DNA from: Octopus vulgaris
Taxonomy: Eukaryota
Reading direction: 5' to 3'
DNA length: 64,000 nucleotides
NCBI GenBank assembly: GCA_951406725.2
Contig: OX597822.1
Span: 100,130,001-100,194,000, forward strand
In this document: piece by piece, positions 36,937 to 50,063 of the stretch
Numbering within the stretch: the stretch's first letter is position 1
Layout: each line of letters starts with the position of its first letter
Notes under the pieces: generated by a model
What the model saw: only the letters and a program-made list of their open reading frames with translations
What the model was told of the DNA's origin: nothing
Database searches by the model: none
Program-made: the position numbers and the translations under genes

Positions 36937-37605
36937 ATTAATTTATGGTAAGAATTATAGCTGGACAAATATTTTTTTTCTAACTATGTACAGAAAATGG
37001 ATATCAAATTAATCAAGGTTTCAATCTTGATACCATAATCTACCAAACTACATGTCAGTTTCTAAATAGTTTAATGCTTTTGTTGCCAAATTTCTATTGA
37101 ACTGCTCTGTTTTCATTTTAATTAATTTCAAAGAATAGGAGTAAAGTAACTCTGTCATTATTGAGCTGGTGTTTGGAACATAAATCAGCATGAAATTTTG
37201 CTGGATGATTTTAATTTAAATCACTTTAAAATAGGGAGTTTGTATCATAGGACAAAAGGAAATCTCAAGCAGGCTGGTATCAAAGGAGCTGAATCACAAA
37301 ACAGTCACTTTCTGTCTTATTATTTATGGTGCTGCTTGATTAATAGGACAAGAGGAGTTAAATTTGGAACTAATGACTCTTCAGCAGAGATGCAGACACC
37401 TTATCTGACCAATGTAACATTTCAAGAATCAAAATGACTTTGAGCAAAATTCTTCCTAAATTAACATCAGGATATCTTATAGCTAAGGTTTTTCTGCTGC
37501 TAAAAGAAAATTTATTTTCTCTCCCTTGGAGTAATTTAAATTATATTTTCAAGTAAAAGTCACTTTTTTAATTAGTTTTTTTTTTTTTATATTGATATTT
37601 ATTAA

Positions 37606-37872
37606 ACCTCCGTGCCGGTGGCACGTAAAAGCACCATCCGTTCGTGGCCGTTTGCCAGCTCTGTCTGGCACCTGTGCGGGTGGCATGTAAAAAGCACCCA
37701 CTACACTCACGGAGTGGTTGGCGTTAGGAAGGGCATCCAGCCGTAGAAACACTGCCAGATCTGACTGGGCCTGATGAAGCCTTCCGGCTTCACAGACCCC
37801 AGTTGAACCGTCCAACCCATGCTAGCATGAAAAACGGACGCTAAATGATGATGATGACGATGATGATGATGA
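37606..37872 (+). mobile_element. RTE 3'-tail copy
   Basis: Homologous to 17910-18175, with (GAT)n tail. Confidence 0.85.
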
Positions 37873-37945
37873 TTCTATTGATGATCTCCATATTAACAAC
37901 AAATTATGTCTGGTTAGTATACACACATATTTTCATTAATTACAG

Positions 37946-38006
37946 GATTCTAATAAACAATTTTTCATCTGTGATGTGAAACTTCCAAATGCAGAAGACA
38001 TTCAAG
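37946..38006 (+). CDS. UVRAG: UVRAG exon I, DSNKQFFICDVKLPNAEDIQ(G)
   Basis: Matches human YFVCGVKLPNSEDFQ. CAG / GTAAC, phase 0/1. Confidence 0.92.
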
Positions 38007-38623
38007 GTAACTTTTTGGTTGTGGTAATTTATTTAATTATTGTGTTAATTTTATTATTGATGGTAATACTGATAGCTAATATTCAGTTTGAGTCCCCACT
38101 AAATCAAATTGCAGTGCACTGACTGAATCCAATTTGCTCATTTCCATGGTGACAACACCAGGTATATGAAACATGTGAACAGTAAAACCTGTAATTTGCT
38201 CTATTAAGCTACATCTTACAAAAGCAAACTGTGAGCTTCTTAACTTTACTTACTGGTTGCTCATACCTTTTATCTTTTACCCATTGCTTGTTTAAGTCAT
38301 TAGACAGCAGCTGTGTTGGGGCACCTCAGTATTTTCATATATGAAATTTATTAACTTGTGGCTAACTTATCTCTTCAATTATATATCAGTTACTCATAGT
38401 AGGAAATGTTTCATTTATGACTTGTCTAGCACTACTGAACCAGTGTAAGGGACAAGTCTTTCCAGTATGTAACTGAAAGTACTCCCACTCCAACATTATC
38501 AACAAAAAAAAAGAAAGAAAGAAAAAAAACATCAATGCTTTTACAAGAAGCATTCTCTATTATTTTTATTATTGTTAAGTTGGTTGAATTGTTTTAATAT
38601 TTTTTTTTTTTCATATTTTTCAG

Positions 38624-38789
38624 GGCATGATGACACCATGGTTGCTGTTGGATTAGGCTACACGTGTCATATGATTTTAATGTTGTCTCATATTTTAAAT
38701 TTGCCATTACGGTACCCCATGGAATACCGTGGCTCTAGGTCTCAGATCCAAGACCACATTCACACTAAATTAAGTGAACGAGAACGCAA
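38624..38789 (+). CDS. UVRAG: UVRAG exon J (BARA2), (G)HDDTMVAVGLGYTCHMILMLSHILNLPLRYPMEYRGSRSQIQDHIHTKLSERER
   Basis: Strong match to human [42 protein letters not shown]. CAG / GTGAGT. Confidence 0.95.
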
Positions 38790-38867
38790 GTGAGTTTTAC
38801 ATTACTTACAATTCCGTTTCATGTAATTGTTGTCTTTCCTCAACTCCTCTGAAACCATAGATTTATT

Positions 38868-39066
38868 ACGGAGATGTACTTGCATAGCAAGTGACCTGAT
38901 CTGAGATCATGTTCTGAAACAAAAACAATTGCAGCGTGGAAGGTGTTTATAAACCATTTAAAACACACAAAAACTGTTAGATTCATTTTAACATTTAAAT
39001 TTAATCTGTCAAAATATCTCCGTTGCTTTGAAACTGCGATCTGTTCACTGACAAAATTCCATGCTG
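38868..39066. mobile_element. Unclassified 199-bp insertion with perfect 12-bp TSD
   Basis: CATAGATTTATT at 38856-38867 and 39067-39078. Confidence 0.6.
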
Positions 39067-39148
39067 CATAGATTTATTGTTTACAGCTTCTGAATATCCT
39101 GATAAACAAATATATTATCTATTCATACTTTCTGTTTCAATTTTGCAG

Positions 39149-39227
39149 CTTTCCATTATATAGTAAAGGAAAGAAAGATTTCTACTTTCATTATGGTGTT
39201 TATCTTTTAAATAAGAATATTAGTCAA
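39149..39227 (+). CDS. UVRAG: UVRAG exon K, (N)[26 protein letters not shown]
   Basis: Matches human [26 protein letters not shown]. CAG / GTAAGT. Confidence 0.95.
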
Positions 39228-39980
39228 GTAAGTATAGCTGATATCTTTTGAACAATTTTTTTTCTTTTACTAGATCTCAGCTACACTATGAGAATTTAAT
39301 GTAATCAGCATGAATTCAATATTTTTAAACTAGATACTTCATATCCATTTTCTCTTCATATTTTTGCATAGATTCTATGGTTTCATAAATCTAAACTCTG
39401 GCATAAGTTGCTGGAATTTGCACAGCTATCTGGCCTTAAAATTGAATTTGATAAATATATTCTAACTTTACTTTGAAACAGGTTTTGGATAATAGCCTAT
39501 AGAACTATTTGAGCTTCCATAGTAGAAATGCATTTTTGTTTTATTGCTTGGTCAGGAGGACTAGAAGTATCCATAACCCATTAGAGGGCCTCCAAAACTG
39601 GTGGAGAGAATGCCAGGGAGGAAGGTATCCTCAGAATAGAAACCTGACCTGAATACTTCTAACAGAGTGATTTCAGTTAAAAGCACCTAAGGATCAGGTG
39701 GTAAACTGAACAACAGATTACAGATTAACTCTGTAACCAATGTAGGCCACAATGAGATTTGAACCCAGAGCAAATACAGTAAAGAATTCCATGTAGTACT
39801 CTAATGATTCTACTAACTTAGGCTTCAATGATTGACAAAATAAGTTAGCACCAAGCTTGTACTAGTTTTAACTTAGGTTTTGACTGTATTTCTTCCTTTA
39901 CAAAGTTGTGTCTGTATGCTGTTTTAAGAAACTGTAACTTTGCATGCTGTAATTATTTCTTTCGTTTTCTTTTCTCCTAG

Positions 39981-40072
39981 CTTCGATGGTATTGTGGTCT
40001 TGGAACTGCGGATCTCCGATTAACGTTACCTAACCTTAAATCATTATTGGAACTTCGGTTAGGTGTAAGAAG
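39981..40072 (+). CDS. UVRAG: UVRAG exon L, LRWYCGLGTADLRLTLPNLKSLLELRLGVR(S)
   Basis: Matches human [24 protein letters not shown]. TAG / GTGAG, phase 0/2. Confidence 0.95.
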
Positions 40073-40149
40073 GTGAGCTTGCAGTTGAAGAATAATTTAA
40101 TGATTTTTGTTTTTAATTAATTATTACAATGAATTTATTTTATTTTTAA

Positions 40150-40455
40150 AAATCGATGACTGGCATCCGTGCTAGCAGGGTGCAAAGAGCACCATACAAG
40201 TGTGATCGTATGGTGCTTCCATGCCAGTGGCACACAAAAGGGCACATTTTAAGTGTGATCGTTACCAGTGTTGCCTTACTGGCACTTGGGCCCGTGCTAG
40301 TAGGGTGCCAAGAGCACCATCCGAGCGTGATCGTTGCCAGAGCAGCCAACTGGCTTCTGTGCCGGTGGCATGTAAAAGGGGCACCATTTGAGCGTGATCG
40401 TTACCAACGTCGCCTTACTGGCACCTGTGCCAGTGGCATGTGTAAAAAGATTCTG
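40150..40455 (+). repeat. About 60-bp internally repeated retroposon segment (GAGCACCAT..GAGCGTGATCGTT.CCAG units)
   Basis: Four to five degenerate units. Related in style to the RTE 3'-UTR repeats (GTGCCGGTGGCATGTAAAA). Confidence 0.55.
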
Positions 40456-40920
40456 CTAAAACACCAAACCCTGTGCATTGATTTCAGGGATAGAAACAGA
40501 AATAGGCTTATTGTGTGTCTTTGTCTTGACATCACGTAAGTGTCACTATCATAACAAGTTGTGTCATTCATTTCCAATATTCTGCAAAAACATGTCTGGC
40601 CATGGAGAAGTATTACTTTTCTTGAAAGCAGGTTAGGGTTGGTGACAGGAAGATCATTCAGGTGTAGAAAATCTGCCTCAATAAACTCTGTCCAAACCCT
40701 GAAAGAATGGAAAAGTTTCGTTAAAATGATAATGATGAAATAAATGTTTCTTTGAGGTTAATGCCAGTATTAAATCAAATGAAGTTGCTTTACCCTTTTA
40801 AGTTAGACAGTATATATTATACATCTAATTATGTATTATCTTTATGTTATGATTTTATTTACTCCATGTACCCAGACTTCGTGGACACCCTGTATATCTA
40901 ATTATTTATTATAATTAGAT

Positions 40921-41262
40921 GTGAAGGCACATGGCTCAGTGGTTAGAGCGTTATGCTTACAATCATGAGGTTGTGAATTCAATTCCCAGACTGGGCTGTA
41001 TGTTGTCTTCTTGAGCAAGATTCTTTATTTCACATTGGTCCATTTAACTTATCTGTAAAAATGGGTTGCGACATCACTGGTGTCAAGCTCTATTGGCCTT
41101 TGCCTTTCCCTTGGATAACATTGGTGGCATAAAGAGAGAGAGAGGAAACTGGTATGCATGGACAACTGCTGACCTTCCATAAACAACCTTGCTCGGACTT
41201 GTGCCTTGGAGGGGAACTCTCTAGGTGCAACATCATGGTCATTCATGACTGAAGGGAGTCTT
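40921..41262 (+). mobile_element. tRNA-derived SINE (family related to D)
   Basis: GAAGGCACATGGCTCAGTGGTTAGAGC...TTCAATTCCCAGAC head. TAATTATTT(T)ATTATA on both flanks. Confidence 0.7.
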
Positions 41263-41549
41263 AATTATTTATTATACAATGCAATTTCTTTCTCCCTCTT
41301 GTTAACTGGCAAAGATATGAAGGATGAAATCTCTTTGATCTGTGTCAAAATTTCAGAAGTATTCCGTAATAACATTTAACAGTATAATTTTCCTGCCTGA
41401 ACTTCAAATAACTAATATCATTAGTGATTCTTTACTACACTTCACTTCTTTTTTTTTTTTAAATTGGAGTTTTCTTAATATTTATTTTTTTATATGAATA
41501 ATAAATAATTTATGTGTGTTGCTTAAAAAAATTAAGATATGCCATAATA

Positions 41550-41985
41550 TACATCTGGAAGGGAAGGACTTGTCCCAAACTTTGGCATCAAGCGTTACAC
41601 AAATACTAGAACTGGGCGCCACTGCATAGTGCCAAGGACTCCAAATTTGCCATCAACATGTAGGACAAGGTACTGCAATAGCCTGGGCTTCAGAGGTCCA
41701 CAGCGCTTCAATATCCTTCCAAAGGACCTGAGAGACCTGCATGGGGTGGATGCAGATGTCTTCAAAATAAAGCTGAACCTCTTCCTGTCAGGTGTCCCAG
41801 ATGAACCAACTTCACGGCAGGAGGTGCAGATGAGGGCAATTGCATCAAACTCTCTCATGCACCAGATGTCAATTGCTGAAAAGCATTCGTGAAGTAAAAT
41901 CATGTAGCAACACCGAATGGCAGTGCCCTAGCATGGCCACAGCTCGTGAGCTGAAACTAGATGAAATGAAATAAAAATGAAAATA
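41550..41985 (+). mobile_element. CR1/L2-superfamily LINE 3' fragment
   Basis: Encodes NSLGFRGPQRFNILPKDLRDL...FKIKLNLFLSGVPDEP. Tail CCTAGCATGGCCACAGCTCGTGAGCTGAAAC + (ATGAA)n-like. Confidence 0.75.
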
Positions 41986-42281
41986 TTAAAATACACTTAA
42001 AATTGTTTAAAATGGAACCACTTTTTGAACACTTGTATGAAGATGCAACCCAACACCTTCATCTAAAGATGCTATGCATTGTTCCTGTCACTAATTACTG
42101 TCAGTAATGTCCATTATTTGTATTACTCATTTACAGCAAGATATGCTGTACATGTTAAGGCTCATTGAATCAATTCACTTCATAATAAAATATGTCTTTG
42201 TTAAATTTTATAATATTTTTCAATAGTTACAATTTGTAAATACTTTTAGTGACTTCTGTTTTCTTATTTATTCCATTTTAG

Positions 42282-43041
42282 TGAACAGTCATCACATTTG
42301 AGTCCAGTGCCATCAAATCTTCAGGATTATATATCACCATCTGGCCAAATGACCCTCATTGATTCTGCTACAAGAACGGCCGTATGTGAGATTGACGAAC
42401 TTGAAGGGGTTGTGGACACTTCATCAAAGTTATCTCCTACCGGTACTGCAGAACTCGCTATGGAAGCTACGTCTGAGCTCCCATCACCTATGACAGCAAG
42501 TAATGGTGTTCAAGTGACAGAAGACATGTTTCAAAGAACGGACGACAGTTTCTTTCAAATACAGCGACCGGTTACTAAAATGTTCAGTTTGAGTAATGAA
42601 AGCTTTTTGAACAATTCTAATTGTGACAATGACATGTCAGAACAAGACAGGACGATTTCTAGTAGTGGAGACCTTGATTGTGATAATTCTAAACTCACAT
42701 CGGCATGGCTGAAAAAATTTTCTCCTGGTTCATATTCCCCTTCAACCATTAGGTCAGCTGGCCATAGCCCAAAACTTCCGTATCGACATACTAGTGGCTT
42801 ATCAAGTCAAAAGTTATCAGAGCCTACGCAAAGTGAAGCAAGTGTTGGTAGTAACAGTAGCACGTCGTCTCGTCACTCTTCACTCCCACAGCAATATTCT
42901 CACGAAGATACTGAACTGTGTTCAAATTTTTCGGCAGCAAGTCTTGCTGACTCTTCACAAAATTACTGGACCCACAGACCTGATAATGTTTGTAACAAAC
43001 ATCATTCAAATGATGACTATGGCAGTTTAAATTCTATTTGA
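42282..43041 (+). CDS. UVRAG: UVRAG terminal coding exon, Ser-rich disordered C-terminal tail ending ...DDYGSLNSI*
   Basis: ttttAG acceptor at 42280-42281 in phase 2 joins the 247-aa ORF 42298-43041. Low-complexity Ser/Pro/Asp tail as in vertebrate UVRAG. Confidence 0.88.
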
Positions 43042-43048
43042 ATTTATG

Positions 43049-43105
<57 letters not shown>

Positions 43106-46100
43106 TAACTATAAAAGAAAATATGTGATACATAAGCTTTTTTTTCCTTTTTCTTTTTGCTTTTTCCTCTCCTCATATTTTTTTTAATTAATTCAATTAT
43201 TATTATTATTGTTATGAAAAGTTACGAAAGCATTTGATAGGTTATTAAAACATCGGTGAGGCTAATTTAATTTTATTGAAAACTGAAGATGAACTAAAGA
43301 GAAAGTAAAAGAATAAAAACCAAAAAACACATGATCTATTTCAAGAGTAAAAAAAGATTTATAAAATTCGTCTATTCCTTTTAATTCATTTGTTGGTTTT
43401 GTTAATTTATTTTTTAGTTTGCAAATATAATGTTGCCATAAGAACATTTTTTGGTATTTAGTTTAGTTGCTCTGATAAAATATTGTTTTTTAAAAAAAAA
43501 TAAGCAAATAGCTTGAGTTTTTATTTAGGTGCTGATTAAGTTCTTTCAAGATCTTTCTAGAAATATATGGGGAAAATGCTTTAAATCTCTTGAACGAAAT
43601 CTGTGTTAACCCATTGTTTTCTGTGTTTCTATTGAAATACTGCCATATGTATTTCAGTTAATTTTTATATAAAGATAGTAAACAAATTGAGGGATTTAAT
43701 AGAATAACTAATTTTACTCATTATTAACTCTTTTGTTACTATATTTCTGTTGAAGTACACTGTTTGTTTCATTTAGTTTTGAAAATGAAGAATTTAGTCC
43801 TTACTAAGAAAGTGTTTGAATTTGAAATATAAAACTTTTGATGGAAGGTTTTAATTTAGATCCCATTAAAACGGGAAGAAGGTATCATAGAACCAGCAGC
43901 AGTCTCAGGTGTATTGGTATCAAAAAGTTGAACTTGTTGTTTGGAATATTTCACAAAAGGCTCATAGATAAAATTATGTTGGAATGTCTGAATTTAAATA
44001 TGGTTAATTTAAAAATTAAAAATTTTGTATCATAGACCTAGAATGGTCTTTGACAGGTTAGTATCAAAAGGGTAAAGTTACTTTTAGTTTTTCTGTTGCG
44101 CTGTTTTTATTTTTACCAGTTCTATTATTCTGAGTTCTAATTAAGACTTTCTTCTCTGTATAAACTGGGTTGTCATTTTTGTTTTTTACTAACAAAGGCC
44201 ATTTCTCTTAGCTGTTGTTACTGGTAGCTTATACTTGGCCTTTTCTCTTTGATTCAAACTCTTTCATGCAAGAAAATAACATATACTTAAAAATAATATA
44301 TTTGTTAAGAAATTCTTAGTTTATTATGAGGAGATAACAAATAAACTGTTATTAGAAGGGTTAATCCAAGATTACTTGTGATACAACATATGACACAAGA
44401 AAATTAGCATTTATTAAATGAGCTATTATAAATGTGAGATATGATAGTAAATCAAAGATTTTAAGGTAGAGTTCTGCTATGCTCTTCACAGGGTACACAA
44501 CTCAACCTGACAGACAGTAGATTCCACTTCTTACTAAGTTGTTAGGATAGATAAGAGCAGCCATTAAAAAAAAAACTTTTGGCTCTAAGAATAAGCAAAT
44601 ATCACAGCTTACCATGGAAAATGTTATATATATATATTATCATCATTTAATATCTGTTTTCCATGCTGGTATGGGTTGGATGGTTTGACTGGAGCTGGTA
44701 AGGCCAGGGGCTGCACTAGGCTCCATTGTCTGTTCTGGCATGGTTTTTACAGCTGGATGTCCTTTCTAACGCCAACAACCACTCCATAGAGTGTACTGGG
44801 AGTTTTAATATGTGGCACAATCATTAGTGTGTTTGATGTGGAACCAGCACAAGTGCTTTTTATGTATCACCAGCACCAGAATTAATTCTGCTGTGGCAGT
44901 CTTCTTGAGTACCAAATATATATATATATTATAACTTGAGTACCAAATATATATATATATTATAACTTAGTACCAAATATATATATATTATAGCAAGATA
45001 CCACCATACTGAAAATAGCAGCCTGGCGGTATCTTGTAGATACCTTAAGTTATAATTTTAATAATAATTATTACCATTGAAGGTTTTTTCCATGCTGGCC
45101 ACTTGATAAGATCGTTATTTAATCTAAATTAACGATCTTATCCTAATTTATATATATATATATATATATATAGTATTTTTTATTGAAACTAAAACTGTTT
45201 CAATAAAAATAAAAGCATATTTTCTACAACATGTATTGAGCACTTAGTCATTTGACATATAGCAACATATGATGTATATATAGTGTGTTGTAACATATGT
45301 ACAAGTGTATATTTTACATAGTGCAAACATTGATACAGAACTCGATACATAGGGTAGAATGGATAGCTGTGTTTGTGATATCAAACCAAAAATGCCTTTC
45401 TAATTTGAGTTTCATCTTTCGCTGATCACAATTGTAGACAGAAATAGCTCCCTAATTTTATAAATACTGCAGGGCTCTTTCTTCTCAGCAGTCATTGTCA
45501 GCAAAAGCCAAAGCTCAGAGTTGGCTCTCATGTTTTGATATAATAAAACACACATGCACAGATACACACACACACACACACACGTATGTGTGTGTGTATG
45601 TATATGTACAGGTACAACATCGATTTTTTTTTCAGAACTTTTGGTTCTAAAGCCATTCCAGATACTGACTCTTTGAAACCAGGGGTAGTCACACTCTAAA
45701 TTAATCAGTAATCAAATATCAAATTTATTTAAATAATTAAATAAAATACAGATGCCTGTATATTAGTGTAAATGATATAAGTTTATTAATACTGTACTGT
45801 GCAAGGTACCAATTAATTAGCCTGGCAGCCAAGGGAATTTGAAGTTCCTGCTTGTAAATTAGTGAGAGATTATAAGAGGTTCCGGATCATCAGTGTTCAA
45901 AAACATCAGTGTTGTAATGTATATGTGTATATACATGTGTGTATACCTGTATATGTATATACACAGACACACACATGTTGAATGTGCCAGTTTTTGTCCT
46001 TTTATTGAAGTTAAACAATGTCAAGCCTCGTTAGTATTTAGAAAGGTGACTGCTTGGGAAAGGTGAGTCATGTAAGCATCATTCTAGTCATAGTACACCT

Positions 46101-47029
46101 GAGCATTGAATGCAGTAAAGTCAGTAAATATATGTCTGTATGTATGTGTATGTATATATATATTTATTTAATCAATTATATTAACTTTATTGATTGAGTT
46201 GGCATTTTTTTTTCTAATCAAGCATATTTTAGTTGTACACATTTTTATTTGTTTAGTGTATTGGTTTGTGTTATTTATCTGACTTTTGTTTTATTTTTTA
46301 TTTTTCTGTTACATATGTTATTGAATTTGTTTACATTTTATTTTTATAAAAAATATCTTAGAAAATTTCTCAACAGAAAAATTCAGATCATTTTTTTTTT
46401 CCACCACTAATAACTGACTATATTTTTTTAATTTACTTAAAATTATGAAACATTAGTGGTGAATTGGTAGTTTATATAACCATTTCTTTATAAATATCCT
46501 TTAAAAAAAAAAAAACAACCTATATCTTGCTTATGCACTAAGCCTCATCTCACCTAAAATTAGTAAAACACTAAGATTTTAACAAGAAATTTATCCAAAG
46601 CAAAACACCTGTAATTTATTCTTGCCTCAATAGATTTAAAGAAATTTTACTTGTACAATTTTGTTCAAGTTGATCTTTTTATTATGATGTATCTTGATTG
46701 AGTTTTGTGTATTTAACTTTTTGCTGGTTTGGAAGAATATAGCAATGAACAACTATGAAAGAGAAATCCTGTCTCTTCATAATTAAGACATTCAGTTAAT
46801 ACTAGTGGTATACTAATTATGAGAAAGAAAATGGTTTGATGATGAAACTTCAGAAAATTAAAATGGGCAAAATTTGTAAAAATAATCTCTCTATCTTTTT
46901 ATCTTTTACTTGTTTCAGTCATTGAGCTGTGGCCATGCTGGTGCACTGAAATTGAAGCGAATCAAATTTTTTAAATGTGTTCCACACATATGACTCTAAC
47001 AGCTTTCATTTGTAATATATTAATTGTCA

Positions 47030-47240
47030 ATGTGTTTTGGTAGATTCAAACATGAATATGCCAATCACTGTTGTATTTCATCATCAGAGAACATCTCCCT
47101 CTAGATGATGTGTGTTTCCACACTTTACATCAATGAATTGTATGTATTATGAATACACATCATCTAAAGAGAAGAGATGTTCTCTGATGATGAAATACAA
47201 TAACAGTCAGCATATTCACATTTGAAACTGCCAGAATGTA
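47030..47240. repeat. Long hairpin, about 85-bp arms and about 35-nt loop
   Basis: TTCAAA..TGAATATG..TTGTATTTCATCATCAGAGAACATCT..TAGATGATGTGT mirrored by ACACATCATCTA..AGATGTTCTCTGATGATGAAATACAA..CATATTCA..TTTGAA. Confidence 0.8.
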
Positions 47241-47719
47241 TTCAGGATGAATAGATGTTATTGCTTGGATCTCTGTTCTGCAATGCACATTGTGAATTAT
47301 TGTCAGTTTGGCAGACATCAATGTGCATCAGCAAGTAATTTGTTTATATAAACAAGAGCCGGTACTCTTGCTTGATTCATTGGTTTTGGGATAGCTTTGA
47401 CTGCTGAGACATACAAAAGGGTTGAAACACAGAAGTGCCTCAAAGTCCTTTACAACAATGAATCGTGATATGAATACACATTGTCTAAAGGAAGGAAATG
47501 TTCTCCAATGACAAAAACAAGTGATCAGCATTCACTTTTTTTTTAAACAAATTTCTTTATCAGTTGACATGTTTATTCTTTTGATTCTTTGAACTGAAAT
47601 GATTATATGACAGGTTCCCATTTTTTACAGTTCTTTGAATTTTTATTGAACTCTGCAAGATATTTTGTGTTGCAATAATTGTGTAGTAGAGGGAAGACAA
47701 GATAGTGTTCCATAGTATT

Positions 47720-48100
47720 TATTTGCTTCTCCACATTAAGTGCTTTGGCAGGTCTTGGAACCCCATCTAACCAAAGCATTTGTTGATCATCCCTTTCTCA
47801 TTCTCAAGCAGTCAAGTGTCTTCCATTGAATCCATGGTACTTCTGAGCCAGGAGGGAGATTTTCAACTGAAAGGATTCCTATGTCAATTGGAGAAAGGTT
47901 GCTCTCAAGATATTTCATACAGAGCTGAACTCTGGTTTCTTTCTGAGATATTGTTAGAGGCTAGACATGCCTACAGAAGTTTATTCTCGAGTTCAGTCTT
48001 TGGGCTGGGGGGGGGGTCGATGTCCATGGAGGAGGTGGCATTCATCACTAGTAGCTTTTGTCCTGTCATGATCCCTGACTGTAAATTCTACAAAATACTT
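47720..48100 (-). mobile_element. Degenerate Ingi/Vingi-like LINE 3' fragment
   Basis: Minus frame ENLPPGSEVPWIQWKTLDCLR..KG...LVRWG resembles the LPxxxWxxLNRLRTGxG..LxKWG C-terminal motif. Confidence 0.45.
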
Positions 48101-48252
48101 TGAAGCCAAAATAAAAGACATGTCTATTAAATTTTTTGAACTAGTCAGTATCATAACCTTTATTATGTCACAGCAAAGTGCAATATATAAGCATATCTAT
48201 GTAATCCAAACACTACTCAAAAACTATCACTTAACTCACACTACACTACATA

Positions 48253-48617
48253 GGCGCAGGAGTGGCTGTGTGGTAAGTAGCTTGCTAACCAACCACACGG
48301 TTGCGGGTTCAGTCCCACTGCGTGGCATCTTGGGCAAGTGTCTTCTGCTATAGCCCCGGGCCGACCAATGCCTTGTGAGTGGATTTGGTAGACGGAAACT
48401 GAAAGAAGCCTGTCGTATATATGTATATATATATGTATGCGTGTGTTTGTGTGTCTGTGTTTGTCCCCCTAGCATTGCTTGACAACCGATGCTGGTGTGT
48501 TTAGGTCCCCGTCACTTAGCGGTTCGGCAAAAAGAGACCGATAGAATAAGTACTAAAAGGTGGTGCTCCAGCATGGCCGCAGTCAAATGACTGAAACAAG
48601 TAAAAGAGTAAAGAGAG
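48253..48617 (+). mobile_element. SINE family A (short internal deletion relative to other copies)
   Basis: Same head and tail as 30267-30693 and 58314-58715. Confidence 0.85.
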
Positions 48618-49274
48618 TACACTGCCAGCCTTTCCTCTCACCACATCTCTCTCCTCTTTCACACTACCTCTCAGCCTTTCCTCTCAACCACAACTCTTTC
48701 CACCTGTATCTCCTCTCTCACACTACCTCTCAGCATTCCTACCATTGCTACCCACACCTCAGTCTCTCCATCTCTCATTCACTGCAATCACCTCAGCTTC
48801 TCTCTCTTATACTTTTTAACCTATTCATTTCTCTCTCACTTCTACAACCAGCCCTTCTGTCACATTACTACTCCTCTTTCGAAGCACATTTCTCTGAAAC
48901 TTAACATTTCTTTTCACTCTTATCAACAGCAAAATTTACCTGATTTTTCCCGTGTGTCCCAACTTTCACAAAATATAAGGCTATTATTTCTGAGAGATTT
49001 GGCTGCCATTTCTAGATGATCAACTGACCCTATAGGGGCTCTGTCATTGGCTGGAGTTTTGTTGTTTGTACAATAAATAAGCAATTAAATACTTTTTTTA
49101 AAAATTTATTTTCAAACAACTTTTAAATTTGATGAAGTAAAACAAACCAGGTCAACCGAGAGGTTTTCCTTTCTTTTTTTTTCCATTTTACTTTTTATGC
49201 AGACAGAAGGCTTTAGTTTTATAGATTTGAATAAGCTTTAACGAGTACCAATATAAATAATAATAATAATAATA

Positions 49275-49740
49275 ATAATAATGAAATTATTGTATACAGT
49301 GCTCAGGTGCACCACAACTTGTCAGAAAGTGCATATAAAGTACATGCAGTAGTGTAAAAATGTCTGGAAAGCGAACAATGTATGAGTCAGATACATGCCT
49401 CTATGTGTATGGAGGGGAGAAAATCAGGTCTAGTGTTGGCGAATCTCAGAAAGCATGGAAGTTTTGAAGGATGCAGTGCTCTGGCAACTAACAACTGATG
49501 CCAGCAGTTTGTTCCATGCTTCAGCAACTCTCAGCATGAAAAAATGTTTCCTGAAGTCATGGGAGCTGTGCTGTTTTCTGACTTTGTAAATATGTCCACG
49601 GGTGTTAGATGGGTGGAGTTTGAAAAGGTGCTCAGAGTTATTGTTTGTACAATGTTGATTTGATTTCTCCAACAAACTTTACGTATTATAGAGAGTTTAG
49701 GGACACAGTTAACATCAAGGATGCTGGATGAGTGCACATT
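49275..49740 (-). mobile_element. CR1/L2-type LINE 3' fragment with (ATT)n tail
   Basis: ORF 49430-49675: TRGHIYKVRKQHSSHDFRKHFFMLRVAEAWNKL. Confidence 0.8.
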
Positions 49741-50063
49741 CTAAGCTTGGTAGCAGACAATGAGTGAAGGAATTTTACACACTCACACACAGAAAGAAAG
49801 TATTATAGCTATAGAGGACAAAGGTGGTAGTAAATGACAGTAATTTGCTGTAGATGAAAAAGGCTCTGCAATAGTTAGTAATTACTATAACGATTTTCCT
49901 TAGACGCTTTTCAAATAAGCTGTTTGTAAGCAGTGTAAATTGTTTTTTTAAGTTTTTTTTTTTGGGGGGGGGGGTTAACATTAATCACTAGGGTATTTGC
50001 TAACTTATACTATAGCAAACTATTCAAAATTAATATATCACTATAAATTGCTACAATAATATT

